In this document: positions 1 to 10,453 of the stretch, piece after piece
How positions within the stretch are numbered: position 1 is the first letter of the stretch
How the letters are laid out: every line of letters begins with the position of its first letter
NCBI GenBank assembly: GCA_023231475.1
Contig: JALJEE010002407.1
Location: forward strand, 1-64,000
Direction of reading: 5' to 3'
DNA from: Seison nebaliae
Taxonomy: Eukaryota
Length of the DNA: 64,000 bases
The notes under the pieces: generated by a model
Databases searched by the model: none
Seen by the model: the letters and a program-made list of their open reading frames with translations, nothing else
What the model was told of the DNA's origin: nothing
Translations under genes and position numbers: made by a program

Positions 1-346
1 ACTTGAGAGGAATAGCCATGAGAGATCGTCGCCCCCTTGATACTAGACAGCATTTTTATGAATTAATGGAAATGCCTCTGTTCGTTAGAAGTAACGATAT
101 CCGTTGGAATGAACGTTTTAGATGACAGAGAGACCGGTCCAAAATCACGATTTCATCTGCATAAGCCATCACGTGTGGAAACGTATTGTTCCCAATATGG
201 ACGTTATGTGAATCGTTCAAATCGCGTAGAATATCGTCGATAACTAGTCCAAAGAGCTAGGGACCGAGAATAGTAGCTTGACGTACACCAGAATTGATTG
301 GGAAAATCTCGCTGAGTTGATTGTTAATAACGACACGTCCAGTAGA
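1..346 (-). mobile_element. Degenerate non-LTR (LINE-type) retrotransposon reverse transcriptase fragment, running off the window edge
   Basis: Manual minus-strand translation gives STGRVVINNQLSEIFPINSGVRQATILGP*LFGLVIDDILRDL...HVMAYADEIVIL...GISINS*KC. This matches the LINE RT motifs GVRQG..LSP.LF, LAYADD and GL.IN..K. In-frame stops lie at 257-259 and 56-58, and YADD reads YADE at 152-163. Confidence 0.9.
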
Positions 347-586
347 TATTATAATATAATATATTAATATTTATTGAAAGGAAGAAAAATTATTTTAGAT
401 TGAAATTTATTCCATCAAAAAGTTATTGGTTCGATAATTAAAATTTGTTTGAATTAAATTGAAGATAATAATTTGGATAAAGAAATTATGAGAAAAATTA
501 AATGGAAATTTTGAATAATGAAAACTATGAGAAAAGGAAGAAAACTAAAGTCATCTAGAGAAAGCTTTTGATAATGAATGATTTGT

Positions 587-3500
587 CTACTTTTTCTTTC
601 CTTCAAATGAAATGAAATGTTGAATGAAGTTGAAGAAAGTAACGGAAAGTCATTTGAATTTTGCTAGCTGCTTTTTGCACTTCAGGATCAGTTAGATCGA
701 TATCAACTTCTTCTTCTTCTTTGTTGTCTTTCTTATTATCGATCGATTTGTCTGAAGTTGAATGAAAGTTAAAATAAAATGCAAATCATTAACTGTCTTC
801 TTTATTCATTTTGTTTCGGACTTGATAACCTTTTGTGTAGAAGATATTTTGAGAAGGGGGGGAGGGGGAAGAGAATGAGAAGATGAGAATGAAAAGTTTT
901 ATCTACTGGAGTTTGGATAAGAAGAAGAAATGAGAACAGTAGAGAAGAAGGAAAATTCGTCGTAAGAGAAGTAGTTCAACGATTAAGCACAAATGTCGTC
1001 GAAGCACGCAAAGTCTACATCCATCCGTCGTCGATGTAGATGGGAAATTAAGATAATTAGTAAAAGAAAGAATATAATCCTTTCACGATCAGAGATTTCA
1101 TTAATCATAAGACGATGTATATCCACTACTAGCACCACCATCATCATCAACAAGTCACAAACAGAAAAATATTTTTCTTCCAATTTTTCTTCCACAAATA
1201 TTTTGAGACTTATTATGTTTCTATAGAAGCAATAATGGAATGTTATTCGAATATATGTAGTTTAGATAATTAAATTAAATTCTTCATGGTCGTAATAGAC
1301 TGGAAGAATCTTTCCTAATAACTTCCAACACTAATAATAGAAGCGGCACAAAACACTATAATTACGATTGGACAGTTTAAAAAAGACGATTCGAACTCGA
1401 AAAAGAAGAATCATCTTCTATTGCGGAAGTTGAAAAGTCGGTTGGGTAAACTGTCATTGACGAATTGGCGAGCGACGATCGAACACTCGCAATTTTCAAA
1501 TTTTCATTAACAATATTTGATTGAGATATGATTAAGTTGTTGAAGGGTTGAAAAAATTTGCGGAAAATAAATGATTTATCAATTGTCGATGGCAACGGAA
1601 TTATTCCATTGCGATGACATAATGATTCGATCAAGTTTAATGTCAAATAATAAGAGTTAATTGACAGTAAGTTTATGTCGAAGTAGAGATGATGGTCAAT
1701 GAAATATTTTCGTATTCGTCGACAATTCTTTCGGAAATAAAAATAAAATAATTCGTCGGATGGATATGTTGTTGGGTTGGAGAGGCTGTCCTCTCGTCCT
1801 TTCGCTGTTTGGATGGAAAAGAAAAGAAAAAAATATTAATTTTACATCATTTCCTTTTCTATTCCGATGTCGTTGTTATTCGTATGATAAAAAAAAAAGT
1901 AGTTTCGATAGTGTAGATATTGGCGACATCTCAATAAATTAATAAAATTTGATCCTTCGACGACGACAACAACGACATAAATTTGGGAAGGTTTTATTTT
2001 GTCGGGAAAGGAGAATTGATATTTGATATGAATTTTCCAATAAATTTATAGATGGAAGGAATTGGAGAGGAAATGATTAGATGAGCGGAATAATAAGCAA
2101 TATATCATTTTTGTTCGATATATATCTAACCTCGGTATGATGCTTGAATTCTTGTCGCTGCTATTACTTCGTCTATGTGAGAGAGAGAATAGAAATGAGA
2201 AGATCAAATTCAAATAGTTTTATTATAATAATATTGTTCTTATTCTTATGTAATCAATGAGTGTTCAGTTCACACTTCACTATCCCTCTTATCCAGTAAA
2301 TTCGGTATGAGCACATTGTTCTTATAGAGAAAGTATCTGGGCCAACGGTACCGTAATTGAAAGGAATTCTTAAATGCTGTGAGAAATAGAAGAAAGTAAA
2401 CTCAATATCCAGTCATCCTCAAACAACATAAACATAAAATGTTTGAACTCAAAATCATTCAACTGATGTAAAAGGAAATGAAATAAAAGAATTTACTACT
2501 TCTCGTCACCAAGTAACGAACTAATTGAAATGAAAAGGATCATGATAGATTAAATCATCTCTTCTACTTACTTGCTGTTACATAAATCATTCGTTGACGA
2601 GAAAAGTATAGACGTTTTAATTCCACTCCCATTGATCGTAATTTTGATGCTTTCTGCTCTTGATTCTTCGGAAGTAATGCTAAATTGATTCTTTCATTTT
2701 CGTCACCGTTCAGCTAAAACGTCTAACTCTGATAACTAAATAACGGATCTCGATGAGCAAATTCGCTGTCTCTGTATTTCAAATAATTCTCCTTTACTAA
2801 TGTCTCAGCTGTTGGGGTGAATGAGAAGGAACTAATAATTCAATTCTAAAGCACTCTACCTTTATGTGGATCCATCGTCCAGATATCCATCTCATTCCTT
2901 AAGAAATCTTTGTAATACCTAAATAACGTTTCTAATGAGAATGTGAGAAGTTGAGTCGACTGGAGATTTTAAACTATTCGGACTATTAGTCATGTCGACT
3001 ATACGCGCTAGGACTGTACGATCCAGAAGGAAATTGAAGGGCAAATCCATCTTTCTAATATGTATCATCAATCCTAAAAGTTTTAAGGTTTTCTTATTTT
3101 AATTCATGTCAACATTAATCGTATTAACCTGTATCATCCGGTAGAGAATGTCGGATCTAGAAAATTGGTGTGAATAAAAAATTTTCAAATAAAAAAAGAA
3201 TGAAAATGATTAAAATTTTTTCTGATGAAGCATAATACAGTTCGTAAAAGATCGATAAATATAATTTCTGATCCAACTAAATCGATAAAAATAATTTCTG
3301 ATTGAACAAAATCGATAAAAATAATTTTTTATCAAACAAAATCGATAAAAATAATTGTTGATTAAACAAAATTGATAAAAATAATTGTTGATTAAACAAA
3401 AAATTAAAAAAAATAATTTCAATTTGAACAAAATCGATAAAAATCGATTAATGTGAAATAGAAATTGTGAAATTATTTCATGCTCCTTACCAGTTGACGG

Positions 3501-4193
3501 ACAAGCCATCCTCTCATGGTGCTTTGTATGATAATGGCAGCGTTAGTCTAATAAGGACGCAGGTTAAATAATGATTAGGAGGGTGACGACAAGTTAACCA
3601 TAATCTGGAAAGAATATCGAGTGATATATCCTAATAAGTTAGCATTAATCGTGACGATAGCACGCATTTTAGTCTCGCGATTCTACAAGCAAATCGAAGG
3701 AATTCCTTAATAGAGAATGATTGCAGGAAAATAAAATGTACAAGTTTATCGGGTTGAGTGATGGCATTGCGACGTTTAAGAAATTCCCTAAATGCATTCT
3801 AATATGAATTGAATAAAATTTCCAGTTCTGGAAAATTTCAAAAGTGCCGAATGAAGAAGTAACTTGAATAATTGCAGCGGCGTTATTCTCCACAAAATTA
3901 TCAGTCGAGATACTCGTACTCTGACGTTGAGCAGTGAAATACAATTCCTTCTCTGTCATCTCTTGTTTCATGTTGTCATCAGTAATCTCTGGAATTAGAT
4001 GAATTGGAAAAAATTAATTATTGTAGGAATTCAAATTGAAACTTCGGTTCTCTAAGAGATTTTCAAAATAACTGGCACTGAATTCATAAATGTCTCTCGG
4101 TTGTGATCGTAGAATTTCCCTTGTCAGTCCTTCCAACAGTGTTGGGAAACCTTGGGGTACTCTCAATTTGGTATTTGACAACGGAACGGCCAT
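587..4193 (-). CDS. SPA17-like: Sp17-like protein: N-terminal RIIa dimerisation/docking domain plus about five IQ calmodulin-binding motifs, last one PEP-19-like; about 16 exons
   Basis: Exon 1 (4193-4043) encodes MAVPLSNTKLRVPQGFPTLLEGLTREILRSQPRDIYEFSASYFENLL, the Sp17/RIIa signature. GT-AG splicing joins AAAIIQ|NAFREFLKRR, AIVTINANLLGYITR, AAIIIQSTMRGWLVR, AATRIQASYRG|YQVR (2172-2131 to 829-794) and EEEEVDIDLTDPEVQKAASKIQMTF|RKKK* (751-644, 600-587). The middle exons (3156-2281) are less certain. Confidence 0.8.
3246..3447. repeat. Tandem minisatellite, about 30-bp unit (ACAAAATCGATAAAAATAATTKYTGATTRA), 6-7 imperfect copies, intronic
   Basis: The units are directly visible. They lie inside the predicted 3157-3490 intron and explain the repetitive NYFYRFC ORF at 3210-3509. 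Confidence 0.9.
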
Positions 4194-4391
4194 TAATCCC
4201 AACAGTAAGTAATTAAATTATTCAAATATTAAAGAATTTAATTTACCGTTGTGATGGTAATAATAAAAATTTAATAAAAATGATGAACGAATGAATAATT
4301 TTAATGGTAATTAAAAAATGTGATAAAAGTTGAATTCTGAGCTCTCTTTATCTATTTAATATCTTATCTATCTTATGTTCGAATAGATAAA
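4194..4391. promoter_or_regulatory. Probable bidirectional promoter between the Sp17-like gene and DCAF13
   Basis: The two ATGs (4193 on -, 4392 on +) are head to head and separated by 198 AT-rich nt. Confidence 0.55.
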
Positions 4392-5960
4392 ATGGTGAAG
4401 AATTTGAAAGTGAACAGTAGAGATCCTGTGGATTTTACGAGAGAATCCAAAAATGACATCTTCAAAGTGGAAAGATCATTCGATCCGACTTTACATCCGT
4501 TTGAGAATAATCGGGAATATGTTCGAGCGTTAAATGCCGCCAAATTAGAGCGAGTGTTCGCCAAACCATTTATGGGTGCGTTGGATGGTCATAAAGATGG
4601 AATTGACAGTTTGATGAAACATCCGAAAGATTTGTCGTGGTTTGTTTCCGGTTCTGGTGACGGTGAAGTTCCGTTGAAATTTAATTATTTATTAAAATTA
4701 AATTTTATTTATAAAGATTCGATTGTGGAATATTCAATCGAGACAATGTCTCAGTACCATCAAGAGTCATAATTTATCAGTGAAAGGATTAGATTTCTCA
4801 CATGGCACATGTCAATTATTTTCTGTTAATTTTAATTTTATGATAATTGAGAAATTATATTACTCCAACTTTTATAGGTTGGAATGGATCAGAAGATTAA
4901 TATTTATGAAATTGATGAAGATGAAAAACATTTGAAGAAGATGAAAACGATCGGAAATGGAGTTATTTAATTATTTATATTCAATTCGATTTTGATGGAA
5001 ATTTTCCGTTTTAGAATATTCTCAATGGAATTAGTTGTAATTGGAAGGATGATGGGAAATTTGTGAGTTGTGGAGAGAAAGTGAATATTTGGGATGTGGA
5101 AAGAAATCATCCGATTAATTCCTTCAAATGGGGAATTGATTCTTTCGTTCATGTCAAATATAATCCGTCAGAAGTTCGTTTTTTTTTTTGAAAAGAAAAT
5201 TTAAATTTAAAAAAATTGAATTTAAAATTTTTTTTTTGAGTAGACTAATTTATTAGCATCGTTAGCTGCAGATCGATCGATTTTATTATATGACGATCGA
5301 CAATCTCAACCGTTACGTAAATCCGTCATGACGATGTGTTCGAATTCGTTGTCATGGAATCCGATGGAACCGAGGAAATTTGTGGTGGCAAACGAAGACT
5401 ATAATAGTTATGTGTTCGATATGAGGAATTTGAGAGTGCCTATTAATATCTTGATGGGTCATACGATGGCAGTGATGGACGTGGAATATTCACCGACCGG
5501 TATGGAAATCGCTTCGGCATCTTATGATAAGACAATTCGAATTTTCGAAAATGATAAAGGTCGAAGTCGAGACATTTATCATGGTAAGAGAATGCAGAGA
5601 ATAAAATGTTTGAAATGGACGAACGATTGTCGATATCTAATTTCTGGTTCTGATGATATGAATCTCAGAATTTGGAAGAGTCAAGCGTCAACTGATTATT
5701 CCATTCAAAATTATCGTCAACGAAATATGATGAATTATAACAATGAATTAAAATCAACTTATGGGAATCATCCTCAAATCAAACGGATTCTCAGACATCG
5801 TCATTTGCCTAAACAAGTTCGACAGGCGGCCAATGAACATTCGATTATAAAACAATCGCAGAAACGTAAACAAGAAAATGTGAGAAATCATATGAAATAT
5901 AAAAAAGAGAGTGAGAGAGAGAAGGAGAAGGAGAAACATGTTGTTAAAATTATCAAATAA
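4392..5960 (+). CDS. DCAF13: DDB1- and CUL4-associated factor 13 / Sof1 (WD40 U3 snoRNP protein), 5 exons
   Basis: Motifs include DPTLHPFENNREYVRALNAAKLERVFAKPF, ANEDYNSYVFDMR, IYHGKRMQR, SGSDDMNLRIWK and the C-terminal HPQIKRILRHRHLPK. Four GTT..AG introns restore the frame. Confidence 0.97.
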
Positions 5961-6031
5961 ATTCCTCAAATTTTTCGTAAATTATTTCAAATTTTTCTTC
6001 CAACAGAATTTTCTTATCATGATTTAGATGA

Positions 6032-6470
6032 ATGAGTATGTCACAAGCGAACGTGGTGAATGCAATCAAGGAATTTCTAGACAGTTATTTCGAGAAAGAA
6101 GAATTAATAGCTGATATTATCGAATGTCGAAATGATGTGAGACAGACGAAAAATGATTTGATGGTTTATCATCATCATCATTCGAAAGGGTCGATTGATG
6201 AAAGATTATTGAAGGAGATTGATAATGTCCAAGATCCCTCGATCTATATTAATTATATCGATAGAATTAATCAACTCCAATCACAAAAAGAACAATTATT
6301 AGTTAATATTTCTCTATTCGATTCGATGATTCGATTTCTATTTTACTGTTTATCAGTCGATAATCCATAATAATATGGAGGAGATAGAAACGTTTCGGGA
6401 TGACATCAAACAAAAACAGAGAACAGAAAAAATTGATCAATTGATAAAATTTTATTTTTCTCATAATTAA
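6032..6470 (+). CDS. Small uncharacterised helical/coiled-coil protein (about 127 aa, 2 exons)
   Basis: The ORF MSMSQANVVNAIKEFLDSYFEKEELIADIIECR... splices at a GTTAAT donor (6302) to TATCAG|, continuing SIIHNNMEEIETFRDDIKQKQRTEKIDQLIKFYFSHN*. I recognise no family. Confidence 0.65.
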
Positions 6471-7720
6471 ATTTAAATTAAATTTAAATTCAAATATATT
6501 CCTAAATAAATTAAATTAAAATTTTTTCTATTTCATTATTCAATCATGTTTGACGGTAGAGATACATTTATCGGACATTCTCAGTTACATCGGGAGATGA
6601 GGAAGGGGAAGTAGTGAGGGAGAGTTGAAGTATTTGCGGAATGAAATGGAATGGGATAAGAAAACTGAAGATTGATGATGTGAAATGTAATGAAAGAATT
6701 ATATGAATAAGAACGATTTAGTTGCCATCATTAGTTAATTGCAGGTAGTTGGGGGGAGAGGAGAGAAGTTATTCCATTCTTATACTTATTTATTCTCAAA
6801 TTGACTCCACATAAATAAATCGGTGAAGAAGATGGATTTGATGCTTGTGAAAAGAAATTTCTCCTACAGAATTCTCTTCCACCAATTCTCTCCCACACAC
6901 ACATATACACACTGAGACTGTTATTGATCATAGTCATCATAATGGCAACAACAACAACGATAATGCAAATGAACGCCGTTTGTCTAATCGTAGTAGTAGA
7001 CGGCCACACAATAGTTGATGCACTTTTCTTATTCAAATGGATAAATTGTAGGAGAGATACAAAACAAAAAGGAAAAGTTTCTTGGAAAAGTTTTCTTTCT
7101 ACTCAATCTACTTCCACATGCATAGCCAAATGCATCTCACAATTGTTAGATTACGTAAATGATATATTTGTTCTTTCTTTTAATTTTATGATTTCTCACA
7201 ATTCACGTCGGTTAATTCTTTCCTCATTGCAATGGTTTTATTGGAGGATATGTTTTAATGAAAGTTTGAGGAGGATGTGAAATTTAAAAATGAAATTCAC
7301 TTAATTTTTCAAATTATTCCCATTATTCTTCTAATTGATGAATTAAAATGAAGTTATTATCATTATACAATAATCGATTTTATATAAATCATTTCTCTTA
7401 TCCCATCGACGATTAATCAATTCAATTCGAACGTTCAACACGTTCCAATAAGTGATTAGTTTCTCTTATTCATGGTAATTGGAAGGACGATGATAATCAG
7501 ATTCATAAAATTATTCCTTATTTACTTTATTTGCTTCTATCGTAAATTTGAAAATTAATAATAAATAATTATGATAATTCAAAACGCATTTGGGAAAAAG
7601 GAAAAACATTTCCTTTTATTTTCTTTTAATAAATATCGATATATTTCTTAGATTTAGCAAATTGCTTTCCATTTGTTCTTTATCTTCTTTGAGAATTATT
7701 GAAATTTCCATTCAAATACC

Positions 7721-8413
7721 ATGATTGGAAGTGATAACCTGAGAAAGATTTGCCTTTTTCTCATCTATATTCTTTTCACCCTGCAACTCACGAGCGCCAC
7801 CTCAAAGAAAGCTGATAAGAAAACGAAAGACACGTCAGTTTCCGAATCGAAAAACAGTTTTATTTTCTTCTCGACATTTCTCTTGATTTTTTTTTTCAGA
7901 TGTCGATTTCGTGTCGAGAGAGAAAGCTTCAATCTTCCTATCTTATAACGAGTGTATGCACCGTTTAAACTGCGGCACAGCTATAAAGGAAGAGTGCAGC
8001 GAAGAATGTGCTTCTGGTTATTTTTTAAATGCACCTTTGTTTTCTTCGTCTATCCATTCACCGTTTATGAATAATTTTATCGTTTAAACAACTAAAAATC
8101 GAATGAAGCATCTTCTTAATTCCAACTCGTCTGTAATTTGGTAATTAATTTTTAAAACTTTTTTTCAGGAAACACGGAAGAGGAACTGGAAGAATACGAT
8201 GAAATTCTCGAGAATATCGAACAATATAGAATAGAAGCAAAGAAACCACGACCACATGGCAAAGGCGATGATGATGACGACGACGACGATGATGATGACG
8301 ATGATGACGATGATGATGATGACGATGATGACGATGATGACGATGATGATGATGAAGAGGAGAATGCTGAAGAATTGGCTGCAAAAAAGAAAAAGAAATC
8401 GAAGAAACATTGA
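7721..8413 (+). CDS. Secreted acidic protein: signal peptide, Gla-propeptide-like and Cys/Glu-rich segment, 29-residue poly-Asp, basic tail; 3 exons
   Basis: Hydrophobic leader ICLFLIYILFTLQLTSA. Spliced translation: NVDFVSREKASIFLSYNECMHRLNCGTAIKEECSEECAS|GNTEEELEEYDEILENIEQYRIEAKKPRPHGKG(D29)EEENAEELAAKKKKKSKKH*. Confidence 0.8.
8267..8353 (+). repeat. (GAY)29 coding trinucleotide repeat encoding poly-Asp
   Basis: GAT and GAC codons are mixed. Variation only at the synonymous position supports Asp as the selected frame. Confidence 0.95.
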
Positions 8414-10453
8414 AAAGATGACGAAGCAAGAAACGTTGAATAATTGAAATTTTCCATGAAATGAAATAGAATTTTTTTGAAAGAATTTGTATTTAGATAG
8501 ACCTTTTCACCTTTCCTTCATGTTCCATTATCATCAAATTTAATGATGCGAATATGCAAGGAGCTTTCTATTATCTCTCTAAATTATTATTTGGATTTCA
8601 CACTTTTGCCTAAGAGCTGTTGTTCAATTTTCGCCTCTATATTTCTATTTAAACCGTTTTTAATTATAATCATCATTTCCCATTGACGACGGAAAAAAAA
8701 ACAAGCAGATATCACGATGATGAATTGAATAAACTTTAATCGATTAACGAAGTTGTTGAATGTTGTTTCATTTTCAACTGATTGACATTGGATAAATCGA
8801 TGGATGTCCCTCGAATCGAAGTGAAATAATTGAAACATATTTCCCAATTTTCCATTGACCATGTTCGTTGATTAGATTATTCGTTTCTCTTCTGATCTTA
8901 TCCAATAATTACTAACAAGTTTTATATAATCTCATCCTTCTTCCCATCATTATCATCATCATCATCCTCACCATCAATTTTCTCTTGATTAACAAGTTAT
9001 TAGGTTAACAGTGAGCATTGCTTCTTTTCTCATCATCGAATGAACGAGGAATAATGTGTAAATTAATTGAGAATATGTTCAACAACATTCGACATAAATC
9101 TAATCATTTTTCATTTCCATCACAATCTCATAAAGAATGGAAAGTCGTGAGAATATGTGGACGATGTTCTTCATTTTCTAATTTAGCATTCAATCAAAGC
9201 GGTAGATCCTTGTTCGATTTATAAATTGTCTATACTATTCACTAGGAAATCAGATAATAAGGTATCGATAATCGTTTTGCAGGTTTTTTCCAAAAATTTA
9301 TTTTTCATAATATTATGAAAAATCTTTCAAGTTTATGTTGTGGAAATAAGGAGAATATGATGAAGGAAATAATAGTGAAAAATTTAGATGGGAAATGTGA
9401 TGGAGAAGAGAAAAATGATTAGGAGGAGTGTCATTCAGAATAAGTGTCATATCCTGTTCAGTCAGATTCAATCTACAACATTTTTGAAAGAAAATAAAAT
9501 TCTCGAGATTACTAATAATATTCGTAGTTATATATTTGATATCTAAATCGGATAAACGGAAAAGTATCGATGAAATGAATGAATGTGATGGATTTCGTAT
9601 CGGGCGCTATACAAGTCTCATGATACAGATATATTATGTTAGTTTATTAAGCGATTACCATTTTCAAATTGGAGATGATTCGAAATCAATTTCCATATGA
9701 TAATAGTTAATGGTTGTTGAATGATTATATCATGAGAGATGATTTGAATAATAAATTCATTTAACGTCGATTGATGACTATATGTTTGGTGGTTCTTTCC
9801 CTGAATAGAATTAGTAAAAAAGAATATTGAAAAGATTTCAATCGATAGATATGTTCGATAATAATTGAGATGGATTGAGAGAGAATTCATTATTTTTTTT
9901 TATTTAAAAAACCATCATGATGATAATAATGATGATGGTGGGAGAAAGATTGGGGAAATTATCATATTACCATTTCAATGTTATCCTTAAGAGAAATGAA
10001 ACGTCGAATTGACGAAGACGTTTAATCTTCATCAACATATGTGATTTGAAAAATTTACGATTGTAATTTGGTCGGTGCATCGGAAAAGAGAAGATGCGTC
10101 GACGTTTATGTAAGACATTCATACATAGCCGTCGATAAGATGGAAATTGTTTCATCCTTCTAGAATCGAGAAGGATTAAAACTTTCTTCATTTGGACCTG
10201 CATTTGAAGTGAGTGTAAATGGGAAGTTGATGTAGATGGAAAGTTTCGAGATCGATATCGATCTATGAATAATTCTGAAATTGTTGATAATTTCTTTCCA
10301 TTAGATAATCTCTTACACTAATTACATGTTCATTGGTGTTGGATGTCCTTCGTCATAACTTGAGAAAAAAAGTTTAAAGTCGATTCTCGAACAGTCTGAT
10401 TGAAATCTCTGAAATTAATTATTTTTGCAAATCATTTAACACCAAAAGGAGAA

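Noticed and set aside
983..1942. ORFs inside the Sp17-like long intron
   Set aside because: No recognisable domains; likely chance ORFs.
3210..3509. 99-aa ORF with NYFYRFC repeats, and a possible CRISPR-like array
   Set aside because: It is a translation of a head-to-tail minisatellite with no unique spacers, in eukaryotic DNA.
8145..8457. Poly-His, poly-Ser, poly-Ile and poly-Met/Thr ORFs
   Set aside because: These are alternative frames of the (GAY)n poly-Asp repeat.
9005..9230. Minus-strand frame interrupted only by three TGA codons (possible Trp/Sec recoding or NUMT)
   Set aside because: No recognisable homology, TGA is very common in local non-coding DNA, and TGA is a normal stop in neighbouring genes.
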